From the NCBI RefSeq assembly GCF_000143415.4, contig NW_003314261.1, forward strand, positions 1,874,117 to 1,938,116: DNA of 64,000 nucleotides. The letters are read 5' to 3'. This DNA comes from Selaginella moellendorffii. Taxonomy: Eukaryota > Plantae > Lycopodiophyta. Position numbers and translations under genes: made by a program. Below are positions 35,450-48,961 of the stretch, in pieces (within the stretch, counting starts at the first letter, position 1; each line of letters starts with the position of its first letter). The notes beneath the pieces are model-generated. The model made no database searches, was not told where the DNA came from, and worked only from the letters and a program-made list of their open reading frames with translations.

Positions 35450-37433
35450 TATTCCTTTACTAAGTTTCTAATGTATTTTATTTCAAGGTGAACAATCCGA
35501 ATCTGAATCAGAGGAGGCATGATGGCATGTGGCCTTACGCCATTCCTAGGTGAGATGATACAAATAACAAGTATAAATTCTTAGTTGTTCTAGCAAATCT
35601 TACTTAAAGTTCAAGGTGAACAAGCTGAATATGAATTCATCGGATTGTTATAACAAATTGCGAGGTGATGGCATGAGGCAATACGCCATTTGAGAGTGGT
35701 AGCCATTCCTATATGAGGTGAGCGAAATATTTATTAGAAATACCTCATTCAATTATGCACTTCTAAGTCTTGGTCCACTCAGTACTGTTTGCATGTTTTT
35801 ATTTTAATTCTTTCTCTAAAATGTTATTTAGCATGTGGCTTCATGCCATTGCTCTCCACAATCATGCATTGAATTTTTCTATCCTTGCATAATACTTCTC
35901 CATATATATAGCATGTGCGCACATGTGATATGGTTCATTAGGCCTGATATAGTGTGTGAGGTAAAACAAAGATGATGTGACATATGCATTTACTAATCAC
36001 ATGTGCATAAATCTAATAATATGGCGTGTGGCCCATATTAATGGCACATAAACCCATATTGTGGGCTTACGTGCTTTATGTACCATCATTCCCTTGCAGC
36101 GTGTGTGTTGGTTTCCTTTTATAACACAACGAACTCCATATTTTAGGGTGAAGAGCGTTCTCATGGCAAGCACAAAATCTATAAGTGAGGCAGAAAAGGA
36201 GACAGAGAAGGAGATAGGTGAAGATGTAGAATATATAAGTCTTCCAAACTCCCCGTACTATACTCCAGGTGATCATTTTTCTGAACAAACGGCAACATTA
36301 ACAACTATCGAGAACGCCCCAATAACGTTAGAGACAACAATCCAAAGCAAAACAACTGACCCGGAGAAGGATGATAGTACCACTGAGAGTACCAAAAAGG
36401 AGGTGTCCACTAGCGCTTAGGCTTATAATGGTGTGTGCCCTCATGCCATTTACTTGATCACCAAATACCTTTTTCCCTTTGCACTAGTATATCTTAATAC
36501 CAGTCTGAGAAATAGAATGGCATGTGCCCTCAGGCCTTTTACTAAATCACCTTTGAAAGAAATGCAAGCCTCTATGTCGTAAAAAAAAAGTACTAGAGAA
36601 ATTCCTTAATAATATGAATGTTATTTAGTTTCATGAAAATACACTAAGGGTCAAATGAGTTAAATGACTTCTCCAGACTAGCAATGCCTCTTGCTACACC
36701 TTCACAATTAGATTCGTTAGAAAAAGATAACATTGAATAATATCTAAATGTTCTCACCATTAAGTTATATGTCTAGCTAATAGGAATGACGTTCATCTTG
36801 AAAAGCTCACCACACGCTCAATGAACAAACAAATAGTGTGTGCGCGCATGCCATCGCTCTTCTTTAACTTCAGATTCGGCTTGTTCACCTTGACAATGAG
36901 ATTTATTATACAACCAGATGGACTCAGTCTGGACACAAAGTCACCGCGCTAGTCACCATGCCCTAGATATGTCTAGCCCCTAGACAAAAAACATATAATT
37001 TCACGTCATTTTCAAATACTTGAAAATTTGTACCTAGTCCCATTTTACTGAATAAATCCCACTTTAACAAAATAGAGCATATATGGATAACATAACTTAT
37101 TTGAATACCTTGTGTGGCTCATAAAATTTTTTCCTTAACCATATGGCTGAGGCACTTTAGTGGTTGAAGGTAACAGTAGTACCTATAAAGTTTATGTTAA
37201 ACTACAATGTCTCAAAATATCATTTTAAATCTCATGACTTAGTAATTAAGTGTATAATTACATGGTGAGGAAGTCTAAGAGAGTGGATAGGCCTTGGCCT
37301 TCAATCATGAACTTAGTAATGATGTTAGTGGGCACTGCCATGAATACAAAAGGACTTGGTGGGGATCAAATAAAGGATATTGAAAGATAATGTTCTTTTA
37401 TATTTTGAGGCATCCCAAAGATTTTAAAGAATG

Positions 37434-37904
37434 TGATGAAAAGGTAAATGTTTTATCTTGTCTATCTTCCTAGGTAGAGCAAAAGAAGGAAGTTTAAGTG
37501 AAATAGAGTTATGTTTAAGCTTAGGCATCTAAAGAAAAAAAATCTAACTTAGGCAATGCTCATCATAGACAAGTCAGAAGTAATTATAAATAGTTATAAA
37601 ATCATATAGTATATACATAATACTTAGATGTGCTAGAAAACAACCTTCACTCATTGTTATATGTATTTGCATTGAATTAACCATTTTTTCTCTCTCCTAT
37701 AATTGTTTGTGCAAAATAAAGTTGAAAGAGTGATATATGCTTATCCTTACTCACACTTTTGGGGTTTGATGTTAAGTTCTTTTCTATTCTTCTCTCATTT
37801 TTCTTCTTTTTTTCTCTTCTTTTACATTCTTGTCTTTATTTGTTTGTCTCTATTTTTGCAGGCAGGGGTGAGAATGTGAGTATAAGAAAAAAAACCTTTA
37901 CTCA
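37434..37904 (+). repeat. 5' LTR of the old host non-chromo Gypsy element
   Basis: TGATG...CTTTACTCA; homologous in inverted orientation to 8748-8349 plus 2789-2730. Confidence 0.7.
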
Positions 37905-40900
37905 CTTTTGGATAAACTGTCACTCTTTAACTTGAAAAATAGCCAAAAAAAAAAATCACTTATAAATTTCAAATATACTCACCACTAAAAGTTATAAATA
38001 GATTTCTTCAGTGATTGCAAAGGCCCTAAGCCTAGATAACACTAAACAAAGAAGCTCTTTTTGCAATTGTAGTGGATTAGTGTCCAAAAAATACAAAAAA
38101 TATAGTTCTTCTATTGTCACATAAACCACAAAGCATGGGATGAGTTTGAAATTGAAAATTTGATATATATTGCTAAAAAACTTAAGTTCAAATTGTTTCG
38201 CTAGCAATTTCTTAAGAAAAATAAAAAGAAAGGAATGGAGTTTGTTTGGTGTAGAAAACACAATTAATTACTTTTAAGCAAGTTCTCACTTGGGTTTTTA
38301 GAGAACTTTTTTAGCAGTGTGTCACAATTTTTCTTGGGATATACAAAAAAGAAAAATTAGGCACTTATAACTCTTGTCTTAAACTCCAACTTAAAGAGAG
38401 CTAGAGCTAGTCTTAGTGAAAAAAACATTAAGGAATTATTCACCCAAATCTTACAAAGCTTTGATAGAGGCAGAATCACAATTAAAACATTGTGTTGTCT
38501 CAAGGCTTTGATCCAAAGTCCTTTAGCTTGGATAATTACTCAAATAAGGTTTGAAAGTAGACTTGTCTTGAGTTTAAATCTCCTATGTATATTGCAAGAG
38601 CCTATAAGACTTGAACAAAACTGACAAATCAAAAATTCAGAAGTGGTTATCATGAACCACTTTAATTGTTTGAACTACTTTACGTTTAGTACATCTATAC
38701 AATTTAATCAAAGCTCATTTTTTATACATAGAGAACTTACAAACACTGCTCAGTGTGAAAAATGTCACTTCCTAATAAATTTTCAAAGCACTCACATCAT
38801 ATCTAGCCCCATAAGGAGGAATCAATGGTAATCATGCAAAACACGCCTTATATCCCCTAAAGTGAGGCATAAACAAAGAGCAAATATACAAGTGAATAGG
38901 CGTGAAAATTTGCCCTTTAGACCAATTAAGCAATGCTCAATTGCTAGGGGAAATACTCATCACTCTAGATGTGAAACATCTTTTGCAAGGCGTGAATCAC
39001 CCTTTGTGAGACGTGAGTCATAAATGTATGTACCTCCTTATAGGAAAGAATTCCCACCTAATGAATATTTTCCACGTAAGCAAAATTATACAACTATTTC
39101 AGTAAAAGTTATAACTTAATTTCCGCCTACATTTGGAACACAGAAATCACCCCATATGCTAATTGAGATTTTGCCAAACGAAGTAGTCAAGAGGCTTTAT
39201 GCCATAAATGCGAAATAGAGAGTTGTAGAGCTTGTTGCTAGGCATAGGCATCAGTCTTGGAGACACTACTACCATCATTTTAATCTCTAAAGAACTAAAA
39301 CAAGCTTAGAGATATTGAAAAAGGGTTTTGTCTAAAAAGGTGAAATATTTTTAGATACTCCCATAAATTTTGAAATATATTGCAAAGCTCAAAAATTTGT
39401 CATACAAGCTTGAGCAAAAACTTGTATTGATCATTACTGCCTGTTAGTGAAGAGGTTAGAGAGAAATTTGCCATGAAAAGCAATTTTTGTCTAAATATGA
39501 AGCAAAGTCATCACATGTTTGAAAAATTACCTAATGTCATTCCACAAATAAATTAATCTAGAATAGGCTATCATGCATTAGATAATTTGACTCTTATGTT
39601 GATCCATAGGGCAATTTCACAGAATGGTCTCCACGTGCCATTCAAATTAGTCCCTAGTATTGATCAAATTTGCCTAAAATTTGCTAAGACCAATAGGCCA
39701 CTCTTTTTAATTCCACAGTTGTAAGGGCAAGGTTGGGTATAAGCCAAAGGGTAAAACCCATTATAAAGCAGGCAAACTACTTTAAAATTGACTATTATGC
39801 ACTAGAGACTTTGCATTGAATTAATTTTAACCACACTAGGCACGGGTAGAAAGGAAAGGTCCTCTTTTGCACCTAGGTAGAGAGATTGAGGATTGATGAC
39901 CCTCTAGAGTCTTGATAAAAGTTGAATGGGGGAATTGAAGTAAATAAAATAAAAATGTTTACCAGTGATCCACCACATCTATAAAAAGATACATTTATTT
40001 TTATAAACCCAGACAGAAGTTGGTTAATCCCCACTCTGTATGACTAGGCAAAATTATAAGAAAGCAAAAACTAAACTATCTTATGTGATTAACTAGGCCA
40101 ATAAATGATAGATTTAGCAAAATTACTTAAAATGCTTGATGAATTACCGAGTGAAATACTTGGACAATATTCTATTTTAAGATATATAGAAGACTTTTAG
40201 TACCTTTACTATTATCAAAGAAGGTGTGATAATACACATAAATTACTTTGTAGGTACATAGTTTAAGCGAGACTTATATCTGTGGAGTTGCCTATAGAAA
40301 AAGAAAAGATTCTTCCTAGGTAGAGAGATAGTTTGCCTATCGAAATTAGATGTAAATCCTGAGTATTATAACTTGTAAAGGGTTTATAAAATTCTACCTA
40401 CTAAACAATTGCTAAAATTTTATGCAATCTTAGGCAAAGAAGTTATTGTAGGAACTTTAATGAACCATAATAAAGCTTGGATACTCATAAGTAGAAATAC
40501 ATTTGTTGATAACTATGTTAATAAACATTGGATCAATCCCAAGTCTAGATTGATAAACAACAAAATTTTGTAGAGTAAAAATCTTTTAAGGTGGACCACA
40601 CTTGAGCAAGATAGATATGCTATAAAAAATAACATTTTTTTGCTCAAGAAATTTCTGGGACTTTCATATAAAAAATATCCTAGATATTTGGCCTCTAAAG
40701 GAAAGCCATCCCTATTTCGAAATTGATTGGGAAACTTGGTGCTTACTCCTAAGAGTAACTAATAAGCTAATTTATAAAGGGAATACATTGCATACCAAAA
40801 CTTTGTACTACTCACTCCACAAACAAGGCATAATAACTAGGCTTGTTGTAGTAATAGGGCCAACAAATCTCGAAATATATAAGCATAGACTAACAATTGA

Positions 40901-40999
40901 TCATACCTATAAAGCTTTAGAGGGCATAACTTTATACATAAAATTGTCACTATTTATACTAAATAAGATATATAGATATATAACATTTCCCTCATAATT

Positions 41000-42037
41000 T
41001 GATAAGTGGAAGGCAATTTGAAAAGAAGTATTCACAAAATTTAGAATGATATTACAGAGCACTTGCTTATGATATTCATGATTTTAACCTTCCTTTAGAA
41101 CAAATCAAATCATTACTTAATCAAGTTAAAAAAAACTTTGAAAGAGAGTGAGCTAAAAGTATATTGAATACACCACAACAAAGAGGAGATTAGAAATCCT
41201 AATATGACTTTGACAGTCATCCAAAATACATAAATCCATATGTTACTCCTCAGTTGTAAAACAAAGCCAAAGAATCTTTTCCCCTATACATTCAAAAACA
41301 AACCTAATGACTAGTACTATAACAATCATGTAAAAAAGCTTAGCACATTTTATGATTAGATAAAGTTTTTTCTTTAAAGCTTTCTCTATAAAAACAAACC
41401 CAAGAGAAAACTATAATGAGTTGCAAAAACTTTATCAAGGAAAATCTGAAATAATGAAGGAATATACAACTCAATTTAACAAGCATTATAACTATTGTAA
41501 AGACATAATGTCAAAAAAAATATGCCTACATCTATACATATAAGGCCTCAAGAAAATTTATCATGAACATGCAATATGGTGAAGTCAAACAAAAAGACGA
41601 CTTCTATAGACAGGGAAATTAATTGTCTAAGAAACCTCAAATTGCAAACCAATCTCAAACAAAGGATTTAATATACCAAATACAAAAATGAAGGCTATAG
41701 CAAGAAAGAATGCAAAGTCTAGTTGATCAAGTGCTAAATTTGTGAAAAAAAGGGGCATACAGCTAAGGAATGTAAAACCTTGTTTAAACAATCAAAAGGC
41801 CAATAGATAGTCCAAATTAATAAAACAACATGTAGACAAATCTGTCCACTTAACGATAAAAATTATTATAGGAGGAACGATTACTATAATAATCGAAGTG
41901 CCAAATGTAAATACCTATGCGTTAAAATAATTACCCTAGAGAATATGATCAGTGTAGAGGCTACAATAAGTCTAGAGATTATAAAAGGCCAAAAGAGTAT
42001 GATCAAACTAAGATTTCTACTCGTTATCCTAGGCTAG
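41000..42037 (+). pseudogene. gag: Decayed gag of the host Gypsy element
   Basis: LYQGKSE..KEYTTQFN segment and C*ICEKKGHTAKEC zinc knuckle near 41733-41772. Confidence 0.65.
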
Positions 42038-42939
42038 TGTCGCGAATGTGACTTCGGGTATCGAAAGTTACCTGTTGGCTAGTCCTTTCCGATATTCTTT
42101 CCTTACTGCCACGACGGTAAGAGGTCGGTATTTCTGATTCCTTTTATCAGCCCCTCTTGTTCAAGTGTTAGTAAAATAGGCTTAGCATCTATACTTGGCT
42201 GGATGAGCATAAGGAAGGAATTCCTAAGTGTTTATTTAGCTAAGCATACTCTGTCTAGCTTGTTAGTTCTCTTTTGCTTTGTTTTGCACTGGCTTGACAA
42301 GAACCCTCACATATTGAGACTAGTCCCTCAATATTGCTGAATGATAATTTACCATGTCTGCCAAACACCCTTACTATTATGCATTTTGTGTTAGTTTCAT
42401 TCCGGTCCCAAATGCTATTTATGGAAAGTGTCTAGATTTGCTCATTTGGCATATCTACGGAATGTAGAGATTGTTCTAAACACAATGGTGTTTGTCTCGT
42501 GTTTATATTCAGCAATCTAGGGACATTCTATATTTAGTAAGTTTCGAAAGACTAACTCTTGATACTAAAGAAGGCTTGGGGTGGTGAAAGCCCAAAGCGT
42601 GTGTTCCTCAAGGGGGGGTTTCAAATGTATAGTAGGGATAGTGGGTAGGTCGGGCATGGCCGACCAACTGAGCCTGGGTAGGTTTTGAGCTCATGAGCTC
42701 ATGAGTTGAGCTCATGAGCTGAGCTCACAACTTCTCAAACACAAAGAAAACATTGGTTTGTCTCGAACTAACATCTTTTTATTATTCAAATTTTGATTTA
42801 ATCTATATTTCCAAGTAAATTCGATCAATAAAATACAAATACAAATATAGATCTGAACACTAAAAGTGATCTAGAAACACTTCTCAAGCTCTGCAATTGT
42901 AAGGCTTGCCTAATGAATGTGATGACTAACCTTAGGATC

Positions 42940-44450
42940 TTAGTTTAGTTCCTGCATAAAAATGTAATAGATGTGCTTGTAGGCTAAATATACCTTTCCC
43001 CTGTTCTCCCTCTGTGTAAAATCTGGATAGATACAGAATGGATTTTGGTAGATTCTGATAGTGTAGCTTGTACCCTTTGACGACTTAGTCACAACAACAA
43101 ACTCTTTAGCCATGGCACTAATGTAGTTTATCCTTGTGATTGTGCATTTCAACGCCTTTGCCAGCTTGATCTTCTCTTATGCACCTTTTGAAATGGAAGA
43201 CCTATATTGTACAACCTTCCCATTCCTAGCTAGTCATATATGCCAGTCTAGTGTTGATATTGGTGGCATAGCAGTATTAACAGCAATATTTGAGGAAATC
43301 TTCAACTTGAAATCAGCTCTCTCCAGACTTTCAATCTCTTCTTTCAAAGATTGTAGCTTCACTTAACTAGCCACTCCTCTGGCATAGAATCTAGCTTCAA
43401 ATAACTGAGCTGTGGATCCAGTTTGTATGAGTAACATTAGTCCCACAATAGTAAATCCAACTTGACTGGTGGCCCTTACCCCTAGATCTCAACAGCCCCA
43501 TAAACATGGTACTGTTGAGGAACTTGAACCTGAGCACACAAATGCAAGACACTGACCTCGACTCCCAATCATTTCGGAGCAACGTGCATTACTCTTGGCA
43601 CTAACTCTTTGAATTGCCCAGTTGATATGAGAAACTGACTCACGAGCAATAATCTTCTCAACCTTTAGTATTGGATTTACTTGTGTAACAATTGGCACCT
43701 CCTCCACTCCGTGTTCCTTAGTTCTTCTCCGGTGTCGTGGAACAAAATGGTAGTTAAACTCTGGATGGTGAGAGCTAGAAGGAGTGATGTTAGGCCCATC
43801 AAATGTCTATTGATGCTTCAAACAGGCTGTCCCCCAAGTGGTTCATAACTTGATTCCATAGGAGTTCTAGTAACAACTTCCTCCACCATCTTAGATACTG
43901 ACCCTGCTATTAGTGTTGTCCTTCTACCAACCCGCTCTCGAAGCCTGTCTAAGTTTGGACCTGTACCAGCAAACCTTGCTTCCTGTGCAGCCAAAGCTTT
44001 TGATGACTGCTCAAGAAATTTAGTGAGGTCAAAGAGTGTAGCTTCATAGAGGGACACTTTTCCTTTCTTTGCTTCGGAAGCTCTTTAACTCCAATATTTT
44101 CTTTTAGAGAGATTAATTTTTGGTGTAAGTGCAATGTCATCAAATGATTGATCCTAGGAAAAGTGAGAGAGACTNNNNNNNNNNNNNNNNNNNNNNNNNN
44201 NNNNNNNNNNNNNNNNNNNNNNNNNNNNNNNNNNNNNNNNNNNNNNNNNNNNNNNNNNNNNNNNNNNNNNNNNNNNNNNNNNNNNNNNNNNNNNNNNNNN
44301 NNNNNNNNNNNNNNNNNNNNNNNNNNNNNNNNNNNNNNNNNNNNNNNNNNNNNNNNNNNNNNNNNNNNNNNNNNNNNNNNNNNNNNNNNNNNNNNNNNNN
44401 NNNACGCGCGTTCCAACCTTTTCGAGCTTGAGTCTCTCTCACTTATGACA
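42940..44450 (-). pseudogene. SWIM zinc-finger protein with an upstream Cys-rich (zf-PARP-like) segment
   Basis: YTIRIYQNPFCIYPDF...AYKHIYYIF is a decayed CxCPDF...CKH SWIM motif; WAIQRVSAKSNARC...C...PC segment; stops present; the 5' part runs into the N gap. Confidence 0.55.
44175..44403. other. Assembly gap (N run)
   Basis: Run of n characters. Confidence 1.
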
Positions 44451-44959
44451 AAAGAATGAAACTCTTTTAAAGGGAAAAGAGCATGGAGGTGAGAGGGAAA
44501 ACAAGCAATTAATGCTACAACTCTCGTGATTAATCAGCGCCTCTTGCTCATAACCCCATTCATTTCAACAGTATTATTCCTCTCGCAATCAATTATACAA
44601 TTAATATCTAAAGCATTGAATGATTGTCTCCTTGGAAAGAATATGTGAAATCTATGTTCATAGTGGATTTGTCCTATAAATATATCCAAGTACTATGAAA
44701 AAATTGATCATGACCGTTGATTGTGACCATTGATCGTGACCATTGATCGTGACCGTTAATTTTTAGGGTTTTACTGCTAGGGTTTGAGCAAGGAAGGGCG
44801 AGAGAAAAACACTTGAATGCTTCAAGATGCTTCTCAATTAAGACACTAGATGCTCTTCAAGACACTAGAAAGACATTCCTCAATCAAGGTATGCCTCTCT
44901 CTGCTGCTTTTCCATCTCCCCATCTTTTGCTCCTATCTCGCAAGTAACTTGTGCCTCAT

Positions 44960-45446
44960 GGCTACTTCGCGCTGGAATGATCGATTTGGCAGCGAACCCA
45001 TCTTCCTAGCATATCAAATTCTGGGTTTTTTTTTTTCTTATCATTCTATTGGTGTTGAGAAGATTGGTTCGGCGACAAACCGATCTTCCCAACACATCAG
45101 ATTCTGGGTTTTTTTTTTCTCTTGTTGTTCCATTGGCGCTGAGAAGATCGGTTTGGCGACAAACCAATCTTCCCAGCACCAAGAGAACTTCTTCTTTTCT
45201 GCTTTTTTTTGTTCCCTTGGCACTGAAAAGATCGGTTCGGCGACGAATTAATCTTCCCAGCGCCAAGGGAACTACTTCTTTTCTTCTTTCTTTTGTTCCC
45301 TTGGCACTGAGAAGATCAGTTTGGTGATGAACCGATCTTCCCAGTGCCAAGGGAACTGCTTCTTTTCTTCTTTTTTTTGTTCCCTTGGCGCTGAGAAGAT
45401 CGGTTCGCTGACGAACTGATCTTCCTAATGCCAAGGGAACTGCTTC
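44960..45446. repeat. Tandem array of 84-bp units, each a 62-bp palindrome (29-bp arms, GCGA centre) plus a pyrimidine spacer
   Basis: Units start at 45043, 45127, 45211, 45295 and 45379, with a degenerate unit near 44960; they lie in a probable 5' intron (GT ~44889, AG ~45493). Confidence 0.9.
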
Positions 45447-45504
45447 ATGGTTTTTTTAATGTTTACTCAAGTTTATTCGTCATTTTCATGCAGATATATA
45501 AATC

Positions 45505-48500
45505 ATGCCACAACAAAAGAAGCATGCCAGTCAACCTCAATGGACCTGTTCTCCAGGAAAACAACTAGATCATTGTGCTAGATTTACTAGGGACACCTCA
45601 CAAGTTCAAAGCGCTGCTTCGAAGGAAGACTATGGTGGGAGCAATGGTGTCCAGATTCAAGTAATGGTTAATCCTGATCTAGGTGTTAGCATGCAGGAGC
45701 CAGATGGTTCTAGAGAGCCTGGAAATGCAAAAGCTAGCTATAGCATAGGAGAAGCTGTTGGTGGTAGTGCCATAGGTGGTGGTGCGGAACTTGGTGGTAG
45801 AAATGAGGCACCTAGTGCTATAGGTGGTGGTGCAGATCTTGGTGGTGGAAATGGCAGATATGCTGTTGCTCCTGAAGGTCATAGAAATGAGGTGGTAACT
45901 ATGCTAGAGGCTGACACGATCTTGAATGAGCGAGTATGTGAGACTATTGTCCAGGCTCAAGAACAAACTATCAACAGGGTGTTAGGTGAAATGGCTTGGA
46001 AAGGATCCCAACATCTTGAGATTCCACTTTGCCATCTTAAGCAGAGTCATTGGGTGCGCTCAGCCTACGATCTCAACATGGCTATTTATACCTCTTTCAC
46101 AGAAGTTGGATTCGGGCACACTACTGGATCATTTATTGTGTTGTCATCATTCCCCAAAACAAATTGCATAGACATGGTTACTCACGAGATCGAGCAGACT
46201 TGTGATCAAATATGGTAGAGGAAATCGCAAGAGTTTGATACTTTGATGGCGTGCCACAAGGAGACACAAGCCTTTGTAGACTGGATGTTCTTCATTATTG
46301 ATGGAAACCACCGTTGGCTTGCGTTTTGGAGATGTATCCAAAAGAAGTTCCAGGACAATGACAAATGACATATTTGTGTTCCAGTGACACTTGTGGAGCC
46401 ACAGGATTGAAACCAAGCTATGAGGCTCAACTTGGCATGTCACAAAATAAACATATAAGAATCTTTTACTAGTAACCTTTGTTCTCACCAATATGTTACA
46501 GGCTTAATCAATTTGCTTTCCAAGCACATACCTTGGTCCATGATATCGAGCACCTTCGATATGTTGGCATGCTTTCTCTCAAGGAAATCCAGATGCTGTA
46601 TAGTCGTGAGGTTATGGAAGCAATTTAAGCAAAGCTTGTAGTATGTAAAGGCCAAGAGTTGCTTACTTGGTATCAGGTGCCTATGGATTTTTTGGTTGCG
46701 GTATGGGCAAAGGTATCCTTTTCTTGCATAATCTTGTGTTTTCTACTCACAAATTTTCTTTTTAGCCAATTGTCAAGGCAAAACAAAACTCATATTTGAA
46801 GATTACGCAAGTGACGGATGAGGTGCAAAAGAACCTTGAACTACGACAAATTGAGCAGCGTATTTTGAACTCGAAGAAATCAAAGGTGAAGAAAGTTACT
46901 TGCGATTGAGGACATTTGACACGATAAAGATTAGTTGGAGTGCATTGCAGAGTTAGTCCCTTTTATCTTTCTCATTCCAGTTTGAAATCCTTGTCCTTGC
47001 AGGAAATGGTAAAGCACCTGAAGAATTGATCTATAACATTGCAAAAAGTAAGCTCTCCTTCAATGAACAAACCTCTTGCTTGGAACTCCTCAACACTTGG
47101 CATCGTAACAATGATAAGAGGTTGGAGAGCAAACTTGAGAATATGATGAAGGAGAAGCTCTATATCACTTAGAGTATTGTGGCTGCTGAGGAGCTACTTC
47201 AAATATGGGATACGAAGTTCCTTACTAGTGCCCGCACCAGCATAACACTTCCAGAATATGTCCGAGCTTCCCTTCAAGAGCTTGGGATGGATGGCTTCCT
47301 GATGGCAGCTCAAGCTCTATAGATTTCAAGAACCAGTCGGGCCAACCATTTTTCTCGCGCCGCATGACATATAGGTATATTGCAAGAAATTGACTTATTT
47401 ATTTAATCATGGCTCTTTTGTAGGTATTTAAATCATTGCCCAGGTGCTCCAGTGTAGACCGCAAGTGTTTTTCTCAAGCTCTTAACTAGTGGGAAGAAAC
47501 TTGGCATGTATGAGTTGGAGTTCCATTGTCCCACTACACGGGAGCGAGAACTTTGTCCATGGTACTTGGAGTTGTGGAAGCAAATGCCATCATCACCTTT
47601 TGAGCTTGATCTCTACCTCGAGTGTCATCCATGTTTGATGAGTAAAATTTTCTATTAGTAACTTATGTTTCTACTTTATTATAGAGGCACTTTTGGAGGG
47701 AGTGGAGATGCCTCAAGACAGGGATGAGATTCATATTGAGCAAACCAAAGACGAACGAGTGGAGAACCTGGCTAAAAACTCTCCTACCCCATCTCATCCT
47801 ACAGCAGTTGCTCATTCCCTAGATCCTACTGCCGCTACTTGTCCAGCCCTGACTGCTTGAAATGTATGAAGGTAGCTCCATAGTGAGGATGTCCAAGAGA
47901 GTAAGAACTTGATTTCCAATGACCTTGCTTATTGTAATTTGGTTATAGATGTCGGAGAAACCAGCCAGCACTCTATATGTGACGTACAAATGCATTCTTT
48001 CCATCCCTCCCCATTGCTATAGAGGATGACCTCCAAGAGTTATCTTCATCGGCTTCACATAAACAAGTATAAAAAAAACATGTATTAACTTTAATATTTC
48101 CCAATTTTGAACACTATTCAGGTTCGCCCTCTTTCTCCTACGGGAAGTGTTGGCAATGTAGAAATAGTTATTGAGGACTACTTTCAGCTTTCCAACAACG
48201 TGAGCCGAGAGTCTTCTATGTTCCATCGATGGATGCGAGGATTGGGAATGAACAATACTTTTGGCATCGATCTCGCATTCTTTGACCTATCTGATGGGTT
48301 ACCACCTTTACAAGGTGACACTCCATCCTGGAACATCCTTCGACTGGACTATATTTCTCAAGCGGTGGATGTGGCATCCAAGGTGTTGCGATATGAGGGC
48401 ATTATGCTAATCATTCTTCCCCGTTCTTTATTTTGGGGAGGTCTTCTTGCAACGATGGTGGAGAATGATGACTCTAGATTGGTTGAGTTTGCATCAGGCT

Positions 48501-48961
48501 GCCTATTCTTAAACATGCCGATCAAAACAAAAGGAGCAGGTGGCCGAATCTAAAAGGTTTGCATTTCCTTATTCTTCATATCTTAAATTGATTGCCTCTT
48601 TTCATTGTAGGTTTTAGCATGGAACTACCATGCTCTTTGCCACTACTCTTGCCGTCATAATATTACACGAGCTGATGAGCATGCAGATTTAGCATTGCCG
48701 GGATATGATAGCTCAATAGATATCATCTCGAATGTCATCGACGAGGACCATCATATAGAGTTCCCTAGCTATCGACACCGTTCACCAAAGACCATGCAAA
48801 TCCTCCTAGAGTTGTTTTGTCCTCCTAAGGGGATTGTGCTTGATGCTACAGCAGGTTTTGGTTCGATGGTGCTAGCGGCTAAAGAGACTAGGCGTGCAGT
48901 TTTTGCATTAGAGAAGGAGAGTACATTTGAAGGTGTTCTTGGGACATTTCATAACAGGTGA
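45505..48961 (+). pseudogene. Multi-exon ParB/Srx-like + beta-class N4/N6 DNA methyltransferase-like gene
   Basis: In-frame continuation past the TAG at 46216 gives MFFIIDGNHRWLAF (ParB signature). IDLAFFDLSDG occupies the motif IV position, followed by A.KVLRYEG and SPKTMQILLELFCPPKGIVLDATAGFGSMVLAAKETRRAVFALE (motifs X-I-II). Introns of ~50 nt; several stops. Confidence 0.75.

Larger units (their letters stand above)
24203..37078 (+). mobile_element. ~12.9-kb TIR DNA transposon with Sola-like DDE transposase and large cargo gene
   Basis: 22-bp TIRs GCTCTATTTYGTTAAAGTGGGA at 24203-24224 and 37057-37078 (1 mismatch); internal transposase; GC/CpG content higher than the flanks; TSD unresolved. 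Confidence 0.85.

Noticed and set aside
36061-36420. Third gene in the Sola-like element
   Set aside because: Short low-complexity ORF with no recognisable domain; cannot be supported from sequence alone.
43949-44459. ORFs containing long X runs
   Set aside because: They span an assembly gap.
44960-45446. CRISPR-like array (palindromic repeats with spacers)
   Set aside because: The spacers are near-identical pyrimidine tracts, the repeats are 62 bp, there are no cas genes and the context is eukaryotic.
45505-48961. Bacterial or phage contamination to explain ParB-MTase
   Set aside because: The gene has GT-AG introns, lies within TIRs/TSD nested in plant LTR elements, and has a decayed paralog in the same window.
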